Source: Nostoc punctiforme PCC 73102 (GTDB lineage Bacteria > Cyanobacteriota > Cyanobacteriia > Cyanobacteriales > Nostocaceae). Taken from it: DNA of 32,000 nt. Below are positions 8,364 through 17,084 of this stretch, piece after piece. The stretch lies in the NCBI RefSeq assembly GCF_000020025.1, contig NC_010628.1:4290001-4322000 (forward strand), given 5' to 3'. How positions within the stretch are numbered: the stretch's first letter is position 1; each line of letters begins with the position of its first letter. Position numbers and translations under genes: made by a program. The notes beneath the pieces are model-generated. The model worked only from the letters and a program-made list of their open reading frames with translations, did no database searches and had not been told where the DNA came from.

Positions 8364-11300
8364 TTATATTTCTTTAATCATTTCGCCCATTGCTACAACA
8401 ATTTTCCGAGAACCTACATAAGGATTCCGTCCGTGAGCAATTAGCATATTATCTAACATCAAAATATCACCTTGCTGCCAAGAAAAGCTCGTTTGACATT
8501 GCTGATAAACTTCATTAATTTCTGCAATAACTGAATCTTCTATAGGAGTACCATCTCCGTAATAAACATTACGCGGTAGCTGTTTATCTCCAAATGTAGA
8601 CAATAGAGATTCTCTAACTTCTGCGTCTAAATATGCTATATGGTGTAACTGAATTTGATTGAAAAATACAGACTCGCTAGTTTTTGGATGTACTGCCAAT
8701 GCTGGACGAACTTGGCGAGTAATTAGACTATTATTATACCATTCAAAATTAATTCTAGCTTGACGGCAATAATTTTCTACAACTAATTTGTCATTGCTAC
8801 GAAAGAAATTTTGCCAGCTTACATCCAGACCTTTGGTATAGTGACGGACGTACATTAATTGTTTTTGAGCTAATCTTTCTCTCAGTTTGGGATTGATTAT
8901 TTTGTAAGCTTTTCGACAGTCTATAATTGGTGTTTCTCCACCTTGTTGTGCTACTTGGATGCAGAAAAACCAAATTTTCAGAGGCCACTGATGTAAATGA
9001 GAACTTTCGTTATGAAAGAGAATAGCTTTTTTAGGCGGGTAAGGAGTAGAACCATAAACTTTACCACCCTCTCCAGTCCGGGGTAAATCACCATATTCAT
9101 CAAATAAGTCTGGAGAAATTACCTGGGCAAAATTTTCAAAATCTAATACTGATTCTATATTGAAGTCTCTAAACAAAATTGCGCCATGTTTTAACAATTC
9201 CTTGTCTAAAAATTCCTGATTCATTTTAGACCAAGCAATCAAATCAATATCGTTACTAGCAGGCTTAATTACTAGGGGAAATGTTTGTCCTGTTTGAAAG
9301 TAACAAGTTTCGACTAATTTTTCTGGCAACGAGCTAATAGCTTTAGGAGTAATGCCGATTAACTTCTCCTGATTAAATGCTTTACGCTCTCTTTTTTGCC
9401 TAACTTGTTGGTTTCTTTCAGCCTCAGTCAACATTTCTAAATTGCCAATCTGCACATCAGGTTGAGACACAATGCTGTTAAGCAGTGTCTGGAAGTGATT
9501 TGTCATCCGAGTGATGGTAGCAGCATCAAAAAGTTCGGCGTTATACTGCAACTTGCCCAAAATTCCCTGTTCTGTTTCTGTTAAAAATAGTGCTAAATCA
9601 AACCTAGCTATTTTGTTTTGAATTTCCAAGAAACTTAAGGTCAATCCTGGCAATTCTAAGGTTGGCATTGGGGCATTCTGAAGGACAAACAATACCTGAA
9701 ATAGTGGCGATGTATTACTCAAATTGCGCTCAGGTTGCAAAACCTCTACTAATTTCTCGAAGGGCAAATCTTGATGAGCATAAGCTCCTAATGCTACCTC
9801 GCGGACTCGCCCAAGTAACTCACGAAAACTGGGGTTTCCGCTCAAATCGGTGCGTAAGACCAGCAAATTGACAAAAAAGCCAATTAATGATTCGATTTCG
9901 GCTCGATTACGATTAGCAACATCAGTGCCAACAATGATGTCATCCTGCTGGGTATAAAGTTGTAGTAATATTTGAAACCCTGCCAGTAGGGTCATGAATA
10001 AAGTAGCACCCTCTTGGCGGGTAAGTGCTTGCAGTTGTTGAGATAGGTTAGAGGGAATGTTGAAGAATTGAGTTGCACAAGGACTAGTTTTAACTTCTGC
10101 CCGTGGGCGAACTGTAGGTAATTGCAGTATAGGAAGGTTGCTTCCTAATTGCTTTTTCCAGTAGCTAAGTTGAGCTTCTAGTACCTCCCCCTGCAACCAC
10201 TGTTTTTGCCAGATTGCAAAGTCTGCATACTGTATGGGTAGTTCTGAAAGCGGAGAAGGTTTTCCGGCACAAAATACCTCGTACAATGTTGCTAATTCTT
10301 GAACAAACACACCCATTGACCAGCCATCTGAGACAATATGATGGATTGTGAACAATACTATATGTTCTTGCTCGTGGATACGCAGGAGAGTACATCTTAG
10401 TAATGGCCCTTGCACTAGGTCAAAACACCGTTGCGATTCTTCTGTAATCAGTTGTTGAACAACAGCTTCCTTCTGTGCTTCTGGTAACTCCCGTAAGTCC
10501 ACTACTGGTATTTTGATAGTTAGACTGCAAGCGATCGCTTGAAATGGTTGTCCATTTACCATATAGAAGGTAGTACGCAACGCTTCATGACGACGGATTA
10601 TTTCCTGCAAACTCTGCTCCAGCACACCTAAATTTAGGGAACCAACGAGACGTAAACCAGATAGATCGTTGTAGGTTAAGCTGCCAGGATATAGTTGCTC
10701 TAGCAACCACAATCTAGCTTGAGCAAAAGATAGTGGTAAATTGCCATTTCGGGAAATGCGTGTGATGGCAGGAGTTTCTAGCTTTTGTTCCAGTCTCATC
10801 ACAATTTCAATCTGTTTAGCTAGGCTAGCGATAGTAGGTGATTCAAATAAGTGACGCAGGGGTAGTTCAAGGCAGAAAGCATCGCGCACGCGAGACATAA
10901 CTTGAGTGGCAAGTAAGGAATGTCCACCCAGTTCAAAAAAGTTGTCGTCAACTCCCACTTGCTCAACACCAAGAATTTGCTTCCAGATTCCGGCTAGGAC
11001 TTCCTCAACAGGATTACGCGGTGCCACAAAGACATGACCAAAATTGTCTGGCTCATGTTTTGGAAGCAACCGGATTTTCGGGATTTGATTGGCTGGAATT
11101 TTATCTAAAAGTGTTGCGATGTGTTGTTCTTCTGGAGCGGCAACTATGTTTTCAAGTAAGCCGATCAAATGGTCTTGAATGCAAGTAACGTCGGCTCTAT
11201 CGAAGCGACGTGTATCGTAGATCAGATCAAATCTGAGTTCTGAGTCTGGAACTACGAGCAACGTCAGGGCATATTTAGTTTGTGCCCCTTTAAAATGAGT

Positions 11301-12434
11301 CTGACTGATATTGATACTTAGAACTGATGATTGCTGTCTTGATATATCTGGAAAGTTCTCGAAAACTAGAAGACTTTCATAAAGAGACAAGGCTCCCGGA
11401 ACTTCACTCCATTGATGGATTTGACCAGTAGGGCTATATTCATACTGCTGAAGCTCTACATTATAGGTCTGGATGTCTTTGAGCCAAAACCAGAAAGATG
11501 CTCTAGGGGAAACCTTTACCCGTATGGGTAAGCTATTGATCAACATTCCAGTCATTGATTCAACCCCCTCTAAGTCTGACTGACGACCAGAGACGGTAAT
11601 GCCAAAAACGACATCTTCTTGCCGACTATAATGGCTCAAAAGCAATGCCCAAACTCCCTGAATAACCGTATTCAAAGTTAAGCGATATTGCTTTGCCAAA
11701 GATTGCAAGGTAGCTGTAGCAGGTGCTGATAAGTAAACTTTCTGTTCTCCGTAAATGTCTTCTGGGTCAGCGACACTTAGCGACTCTACTGTTGTTCCCA
11801 GTGGGGTTGGTCTGGTAAAACCCTGTAGAGTTTTGCGCCAGAATGCTTCTGGTTTGGACAAATCTTGTTTTTTCAGCCAAGCGATATAGTCTCTGTAGGG
11901 ACGAGGTTTTTCTAAATGTAGGTCTTGACCTTGACAGAACGCTTCGTAAAAGGCAAAGAATTCTTGGAAGATCGAAGAGACAGACCATCCATCCATCAAA
12001 ATATGGTGATGAGTGCAAATAAATTGATAATTTTCTTTACCCAAATGGATCAGAGCTAGGCGAATCAACGGTGCTTTGGAAAGGTTTATACCCTGATGAC
12101 GTTCTGCCTGAAGAAAAGCCTCTAGTTCTTCTTTGACTTGAGATGATGAAAACTGATGCCAGTCTAGTTGTTCAAGCGGTACTTTCACCTGTCGAAGTAC
12201 TACCTGAAGTGGCTCATCTTGTTCTTTCCAGATGAAACATGTTCTCAAGACTGAGTGGCGGTCTATAACCTGCTGCCATGCTCGCTCAAAGGCAGAAATA
12301 TCTAAATTTCCCTGAAAAACACCAGTCAATTGCTCAATATGGATGCCTGGCTCTGGAGAATACAGCGTCTCAAACAGCATACCTTGCTGTGGAGCCGAAA
12401 GGGGATAAATTGCTTCAATATTTTTCTTGTTCAT
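8364..12434 (-). CDS. NRPS with no adenylation domain: C - T - C - TauD/TfdA-type Fe(II)/2OG dioxygenase domain
   Basis: ORF track, 1356 aa. C1: IYPLSAPQQGMLFE, HHHILMDGWS (aa 142-151). T: FFELGGHSLLATQV (Ser506). C2: LSFAQARLWLL, HHIVSDGWS (aa 698-706). TauD: ILFRDF, FHNES (H1141/E1143), GGETPIID, AHGRNPY (H1334). No AMP-binding core motifs appear anywhere in the protein. Confidence 0.95.
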   Translation of the reverse strand: MNKKNIEAIYPLSAPQQGMLFETLYSPEPGIHIEQLTGVFQGNLDISAFERAWQQVIDRHSVLRTCFIWKEQDEPLQVVLRQVKVPLEQLDWHQFSSSQVKEELEAFLQAERHQGINLSKAPLIRLALIHLGKENYQFICTHHHILMDGWSVSSIFQEFFAFYEAFCQGQDLHLEKPRPYRDYIAWLKKQDLSKPEAFWRKTLQGFTRPTPLGTTVESLSVADPEDIYGEQKVYLSAPATATLQSLAKQYRLTLNTVIQGVWALLLSHYSRQEDVVFGITVSGRQSDLEGVESMTGMLINSLPIRVKVSPRASFWFWLKDIQTYNVELQQYEYSPTGQIHQWSEVPGALSLYESLLVFENFPDISRQQSSVLSINISQTHFKGAQTKYALTLLVVPDSELRFDLIYDTRRFDRADVTCIQDHLIGLLENIVAAPEEQHIATLLDKIPANQIPKIRLLPKHEPDNFGHVFVAPRNPVEEVLAGIWKQILGVEQVGVDDNFFELGGHSLLATQVMSRVRDAFCLELPLRHLFESPTIASLAKQIEIVMRLEQKLETPAITRISRNGNLPLSFAQARLWLLEQLYPGSLTYNDLSGLRLVGSLNLGVLEQSLQEIIRRHEALRTTFYMVNGQPFQAIACSLTIKIPVVDLRELPEAQKEAVVQQLITEESQRCFDLVQGPLLRCTLLRIHEQEHIVLFTIHHIVSDGWSMGVFVQELATLYEVFCAGKPSPLSELPIQYADFAIWQKQWLQGEVLEAQLSYWKKQLGSNLPILQLPTVRPRAEVKTSPCATQFFNIPSNLSQQLQALTRQEGATLFMTLLAGFQILLQLYTQQDDIIVGTDVANRNRAEIESLIGFFVNLLVLRTDLSGNPSFRELLGRVREVALGAYAHQDLPFEKLVEVLQPERNLSNTSPLFQVLFVLQNAPMPTLELPGLTLSFLEIQNKIARFDLALFLTETEQGILGKLQYNAELFDAATITRMTNHFQTLLNSIVSQPDVQIGNLEMLTEAERNQQVRQKRERKAFNQEKLIGITPKAISSLPEKLVETCYFQTGQTFPLVIKPASNDIDLIAWSKMNQEFLDKELLKHGAILFRDFNIESVLDFENFAQVISPDLFDEYGDLPRTGEGGKVYGSTPYPPKKAILFHNESSHLHQWPLKIWFFCIQVAQQGGETPIIDCRKAYKIINPKLRERLAQKQLMYVRHYTKGLDVSWQNFFRSNDKLVVENYCRQARINFEWYNNSLITRQVRPALAVHPKTSESVFFNQIQLHHIAYLDAEVRESLLSTFGDKQLPRNVYYGDGTPIEDSVIAEINEVYQQCQTSFSWQQGDILMLDNMLIAHGRNPYVGSRKIVVAMGEMIKEI
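8367..9317 (-). other. TauD-family dioxygenase domain fused to the NRPS C-terminus (approximate borders)
   Basis: aa ~1040-1356 of ORF 8364..12434. It aligns end to end with the free-standing TauD at 17085..18131. Shared blocks include GAILFR, KVY, QQGGETPI, LPRN.YYGDG..IEDSV, LLDN and VAMGEM. Confidence 0.85.
9435..10742 (-). other. Condensation domain C2 (LCL-like), paralog of the free-standing C protein at 18155..19741
   Basis: aa ~565-1000. Both C domains share HHIVSDGWS, ELPIQYADFAIWQKQWL, DVANRNR and GNPSFRELLGRVR. Confidence 0.85.
10800..11027 (-). other. Thiolation (PCP) domain with no cognate cis A domain
   Basis: aa ~470-545: PRNPVEEVLAGIWKQILGVEQVGVDDNFFELGGHSLLATQVMSRV. It lies only ~30 aa after the end of C1. 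Confidence 0.85.
11115..12416 (-). other. Condensation domain C1, probably DCL-type (it follows an E-domain protein)
   Basis: aa ~7-440. The N-terminus MNKKNIEAIYPLSAPQQGMLFE resembles the YxLTPMQEGMLFH starts of Bacillus C domains that follow E domains. HHHILMDGWS is intact. Confidence 0.7.
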
Positions 12435-12445
12435 TTTATCCTCAC

Positions 12446-15400
12446 TTAAGAAAAGTCTATTTCAGCAAAAGCCTTTTCTAATTTTTCTTGGCTTAGTTCA
12501 ACATCAGGAAAGTCAGAAGGAGTATAGCCAAATGCATCAGGAGACTGACTACGGACAATAAGAGCCCGCAGCACTTCTACACAACCTTGAGCTAAACCCT
12601 CAATTGTGGCCCGTTGATAAATGTTTTTGCTGTATATCCAATCTATTTGCAGCCGACCACCCATAACAAAGCCAATACACTCCAGCAAATGGCTCATGCT
12701 TCCTCGTGGACTGCGGTTTAGTCCGGGTATCAAGTGGGATAATCGAAACTCAGAATTTTCAGGGATAATTCGATCTAACTGACCCAAGTAGTTGAAAATA
12801 ACTTGAGCTTGAGGAAGGGCTTGTAGTTGCTCAACTATTTCTACATCCTCGCTCATATAGCGCAGTACGCCATAGCCAATGCCCTGGTTGGGAATTTTGC
12901 GAAGCTGTTCCTTGACTGATTTTAAGGTATTTTCTGGATAGATTTCCTCACCCAGTTCTAAGACAACTGGGAAGATGGTTGTGAACCAACCTACGGTGAG
13001 CGATAGATCCATATCGTCGAATATATCTTCTCGCCCGTGACCCTCTAAGTCAATTAATAGCGATCGCGAAGCGTCTCCTGTGGAGATTCGCTCTCCATTC
13101 CATTGTGCCAAAGTTTGTGCAACTGCTGTTATTAACAGGTCATTGATTTGGGTTAGATAAACCTGAGGAAGTTCTTGGAGCAATGCTTTAGTTTCTTCTG
13201 CACTGAGTTTGACTGATACAGTTTCGGCAGAAGCCATCAGGTTGTCCCCTCGCTCATTATCCATTGGCAGAGAAGAAATATATTTCCGCGATTCTGAGAG
13301 CCAATAAGGTAATTCTTGCTTTAGTTCTGCTGACTGCGCGTATTGCTCTAGTCGTTGCGACCACCGTTGAAACGAAGTAGTTTTTAGTGGAAGCTTAATT
13401 GCTTCACCCTGAGAAAGCTGTTGACAAAGTGTATATAGAGCGTCCAACAAAATTCGCCAAGAGACACCATCAACTACCAAGTGGTGCATAACAACCAACA
13501 TTCGGGCTGACTTTTGCACACCCAGTTCAAAAAAGGCCACCTTCAAAAGCGGCCCAGAGGATAGGTTCAGGCTCGCCTGTACTGTTTCTGTTGCTTCTTC
13601 AATGGCAGATTCTTGTTTTTCTGATGACAGCGCCGACAAATCCAGTCTGATAAAAGATAAAACTTCGTCTGGGCTAGCGTTGAACTGTTGCCAACCAGAT
13701 TCCGTCTGCATAAAACGCAGGCGGAGCGCATCATGGTGTATAAGCAATTGCTGTAGCGCCTGCTCTACGATTGATGGGTCGAGTTCTTGATTCACTTCCA
13801 GTTGGATTGACTGGTTCCAGTGGTGCGAATCAGGCTGATTTTGTGCTAGAAACCACGATTGGATGGGTGTCAGGGGTAATGAACCAACGATCGCTTCCTG
13901 TTGCGCTTGGATTGTGGGAGTGTTTCCCGCCACTGCGGCTAATTCAGCAATCGTTTGGCGATCGAAAATTTGACTGGTAGTTAGCTGTATACCAGTCTGC
14001 TTGGCTTTGGCGATCGCCTGAATGCTGAGAATAGAATCTCCGCCTAAGTCGAAGAAGTTGTCGTAAACGCCCACTCGATCGACACCAAGTACCTGACTCC
14101 AGATTTGGGCTAATATTTCCTCAACAGCAGTGCGCGGTGCAGCGTAAGTTGCTTCCAGTTCGGGTCTGGTTGTGTCTGGTGCTGGCAGTGCGCGTCGATC
14201 TACTTTGCCATTAGAAGTTAATGGTAGTGCCTTCAGGGATATCAAGGCTGAGGGCATCATGTATTCAGGTAGCTTCTGTTTGAGGAAACTTCGCAGATCG
14301 CTAAGGGAGGGTGACTCATGGTTCCAAACAATGTATGCCACTAAACGCTGGTTGCCTGGAACATCCTGCCGCGCTATCACTACTGTTTCTTGTACTCCCG
14401 AATACTCAGAGAGTACAGACTCAATTTCCCCTAGCTCAATGCGGAAGCCTCGAATCTTCACCTGGTCATCGCAACGTCCCAGGAACTCTAGCGTTCCATC
14501 TGGTCGGTAACGAACTAGGTCGCCAGTTTTATAAAGACGTTCCCCAGGTTCATTAGTGAAAGGGTTGGGGACAAATTTTTCTGCGGTCAGTTCAGGGCGA
14601 TTTAGATAGCCTCGGGCTACTCCCAAACCGCCAATGTATAGTTCACCCACCATCCCAATGGGGACTAACTGACAGTGCGGGTTAAGTACATACAGCTTGG
14701 TATTGGCAATTGGCTGACCAATTGGCACCGACCCTGATAGCTGTTCGCTACTTGGAACTTTATAAATGCAGCATCCCACAACTGTTTCTGTGGGGCCATA
14801 CTCATTGACAAGCATGGTGTCAGGAGCAGCCTTTTGCCAAAAGCTAATGCTGTTAACTAATAAATTTTCACCCCCAATAATGAAAGCCCTAGTTCGTCCA
14901 CTAGCTTCTTTTGGTGATATTTGCTGGTTGAGCAATTCCAGATGAACAGGTGTAATTTTAACCAGGCTTAAGTTGGAGTGGTGAAGTAGCGAGTTGCTTA
15001 GGGTTTCGATGCCCTGATCTTCCGGCAACAAGTCTACCCGACACCCTACCAGTAAGGGTGAAAACAGACTAGTTATTGTCAGGTCAAATGCTAAAGAAGA
15101 GTGAACTAGCGTCCCGTCTCCTTGCTCGACTGCGTAAGCTTGCGTACACCAGTTCAGATAATTTACCAAACCTTGATGGGGAATTAACGTCCCTTTGGGT
15201 TTACCAGTGGAGCCGGAGGTGTAGATGACGTAAGCTAGATTGAGAGCAGTTGTCTGACTGACTGGGTTTTCTGGACATTCGTTAGCGATAACTTCCCAGT
15301 CGGTATCTAGGCAAATGACTTTGATTCCCTCTGTTGGAATTTCGGCTACTAAACTTTGTTGGGTAAGCAGCACAAGAGCCTGAGTATCCCCAAGAATGAA

Positions 15401-17041
15401 GGCTTGGCGTTCCTTGGGATAGATGGGATCGATGGGAACATAAGCTCCACCTGCTTTGAGGATACCTAAGACTCCGATGACCATTTCTAGAGACCTCTCT
15501 ACGCAAATGCCCACTAGCACTTCGGAACCAACTCCCAGTTTTTGTAAGTAGTGAGCTAGCTGATTGGCGCGAGCATTGAGTTCGGCGTAGGTTAGTTGCT
15601 GGGTTTGAAATCTGACAGCGATGTTTTCGGGTGTGCGATCGCTCTGTAACTCAAACCAATGGTGGATGCACTGGTAGGGTAAAATAGTGGTTTGACTATT
15701 GTTAAATTCGGCTAAAAGTTGCTGACGCTCGATAGGACTGATAATGTCGAAAGTAGCGATCGCACCTCCGGGATTTTTAACCACACTGGTTAACAATGTC
15801 TCAAATTGATTCGCCAGACGCTGAATGTCTTCTAAAGCCAAAACATTCGCATCGTAGTGAAATTCAGCAGCTATACTATCATTCCGACTAACACAGGTTA
15901 GTTTGACCTGAAACTTATCAACACAAGTGTACTGTTGATAAATTGAAAAGTAGACATCGCCAGCAAAATGTTTAGCCGAGAGAGATTCAAAATCGAAACA
16001 GAATGGGAAGAATAACTGCTCTAGACTATTACCCGATTCAACACTTTTTTCCCAAGAAAAACTTTCTTGCCATTCAGATATTTCCTTTATAGTTTCTGCA
16101 ACCTGAACCAAGAGATTGTTGAACTTGTAGCTATCTTCGAGATGACACCGAAGAGGTAAATATTTAACAATTAGTCCCAACGATTCTTGTAATTCTTCAT
16201 AGCTGCGACCATCATTAACTGTACCAATAACTATGTCTGATTGTTCGGTGAGCCGCCATAGCAGAATTTGCCAGCAAGTTATAAAAAATACATCTTTATT
16301 AATTTTTTTACCGTGAGTAATGGCATTTATTTTTGCTACTAAATCAGGCGCAATTTCCCTACTAAACCATTTGGGTTCAAATTTTGAGTTCTCAGTTTGC
16401 TGATTTGCAAAAGGAAGCCGCAAGCCACTAAGACTAGAAATATCTAGCTTTCCCCAGTAATCTGTTTCTAATTCCACATCTCCTGCTTTCAGCAATTCAT
16501 TTTGCCATTCAGCAATCTCGGCATATTGTAAAGGTTGCTCAATAACTGTTTCGCCCCGTAAGCAAGCCGCGTAGCATTTGCTCAGTTCACAAACTAAATT
16601 ATTCAGGGTAGGTGAATCCGCACACAAAGCAGGCAAACTGACAAGTAATAAATGCTTTTTTGGTGAGAGAGTAGTGAAGGTTGTTTGCAAAAGTGGCCCT
16701 TTCTCCCAATCGAAACTTTGCTGAATTCCTGATTGAAACAGCTTCTCTATCTCTAATCCTAAAGCCTCTTTGTTTTCCCAAGAATATTCACTTAATGATA
16801 GGAGGGTAGGCTCATTAATTACCTGAATGGGAATTTTTATCCCACGGGTCTGATGAAAAGTCGTCCGGAGAATTTCATACCGATTTACTACTTGGTGTAA
16901 AGCTGCTTTTAAAATCTCCAGTTGCAAATTCCCTTCCAGGAGGATAGCACCATATACTTGATAATATTGACTGTCTTTTTGTAATAACCACAATCGCTTT
17001 TGTTGCGGTGAAAGTTGAAATCCGTGAATTTGTTTTTGCAT
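12446..17041 (-). CDS. NRPS: non-catalytic C-like (interface-like) domain - A (Asn/Asp-type code) - T - E
   Basis: ORF track, 1531 aa. The N-terminal C-like domain has VSLPALCADSP where HHxxxDG is expected. A cores: YTSGSTGKPKG, NEYGPTE, YKTGDL, KIRGFRIELGEIE, SNGKVDR. T: FFDLGGDSILSIQ (Ser1003, the GGDSI form typical upstream of E domains). E: LPLTPIQSWF, HHLVVDGVSWRIL (aa 1186-1198). Confidence 0.95.
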   Translation of the reverse strand: MQKQIHGFQLSPQQKRLWLLQKDSQYYQVYGAILLEGNLQLEILKAALHQVVNRYEILRTTFHQTRGIKIPIQVINEPTLLSLSEYSWENKEALGLEIEKLFQSGIQQSFDWEKGPLLQTTFTTLSPKKHLLLVSLPALCADSPTLNNLVCELSKCYAACLRGETVIEQPLQYAEIAEWQNELLKAGDVELETDYWGKLDISSLSGLRLPFANQQTENSKFEPKWFSREIAPDLVAKINAITHGKKINKDVFFITCWQILLWRLTEQSDIVIGTVNDGRSYEELQESLGLIVKYLPLRCHLEDSYKFNNLLVQVAETIKEISEWQESFSWEKSVESGNSLEQLFFPFCFDFESLSAKHFAGDVYFSIYQQYTCVDKFQVKLTCVSRNDSIAAEFHYDANVLALEDIQRLANQFETLLTSVVKNPGGAIATFDIISPIERQQLLAEFNNSQTTILPYQCIHHWFELQSDRTPENIAVRFQTQQLTYAELNARANQLAHYLQKLGVGSEVLVGICVERSLEMVIGVLGILKAGGAYVPIDPIYPKERQAFILGDTQALVLLTQQSLVAEIPTEGIKVICLDTDWEVIANECPENPVSQTTALNLAYVIYTSGSTGKPKGTLIPHQGLVNYLNWCTQAYAVEQGDGTLVHSSLAFDLTITSLFSPLLVGCRVDLLPEDQGIETLSNSLLHHSNLSLVKITPVHLELLNQQISPKEASGRTRAFIIGGENLLVNSISFWQKAAPDTMLVNEYGPTETVVGCCIYKVPSSEQLSGSVPIGQPIANTKLYVLNPHCQLVPIGMVGELYIGGLGVARGYLNRPELTAEKFVPNPFTNEPGERLYKTGDLVRYRPDGTLEFLGRCDDQVKIRGFRIELGEIESVLSEYSGVQETVVIARQDVPGNQRLVAYIVWNHESPSLSDLRSFLKQKLPEYMMPSALISLKALPLTSNGKVDRRALPAPDTTRPELEATYAAPRTAVEEILAQIWSQVLGVDRVGVYDNFFDLGGDSILSIQAIAKAKQTGIQLTTSQIFDRQTIAELAAVAGNTPTIQAQQEAIVGSLPLTPIQSWFLAQNQPDSHHWNQSIQLEVNQELDPSIVEQALQQLLIHHDALRLRFMQTESGWQQFNASPDEVLSFIRLDLSALSSEKQESAIEEATETVQASLNLSSGPLLKVAFFELGVQKSARMLVVMHHLVVDGVSWRILLDALYTLCQQLSQGEAIKLPLKTTSFQRWSQRLEQYAQSAELKQELPYWLSESRKYISSLPMDNERGDNLMASAETVSVKLSAEETKALLQELPQVYLTQINDLLITAVAQTLAQWNGERISTGDASRSLLIDLEGHGREDIFDDMDLSLTVGWFTTIFPVVLELGEEIYPENTLKSVKEQLRKIPNQGIGYGVLRYMSEDVEIVEQLQALPQAQVIFNYLGQLDRIIPENSEFRLSHLIPGLNRSPRGSMSHLLECIGFVMGGRLQIDWIYSKNIYQRATIEGLAQGCVEVLRALIVRSQSPDAFGYTPSDFPDVELSQEKLEKAFAEIDFS
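12542..13888 (-). other. Epimerization domain (approximate borders)
   Basis: aa ~1052-1500: PLTPIQSWF, HHLVVDGVSW, EGHGRE, FNYLGQ. The C-terminal tail TPSDFPDVELSQEKLEKAFAEIDFS looks like a COM-type donor helix. Confidence 0.85.
14177..15679 (-). other. Adenylation domain, hand-extracted specificity code DLTKIGEVGK (Asn/Asp hybrid)
   Basis: D653 L654 T657 K695 I721 G723 E747 V755 G756 K946, aligned by eye to GrsA-PheA. L236 is typical of Asp codes (DLTKVGHIGK). E322/V330 are typical of Asn codes (DATKVGEVGK). Confidence 0.65.
15737..17029 (-). other. C-like domain lacking the catalytic His motif (interface-like domain), approximate borders
   Basis: aa ~5-435 of ORF 12446..17041. It starts GFQLSPQQKRLW. 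The HHxxxDG position is SLPALCAD (aa 135-142, nt 16616-16639). Confidence 0.7.
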
Positions 17042-17084
17042 TTATCCTATTTACGCTTGATAGCGTATTTATATACTTTAGATG

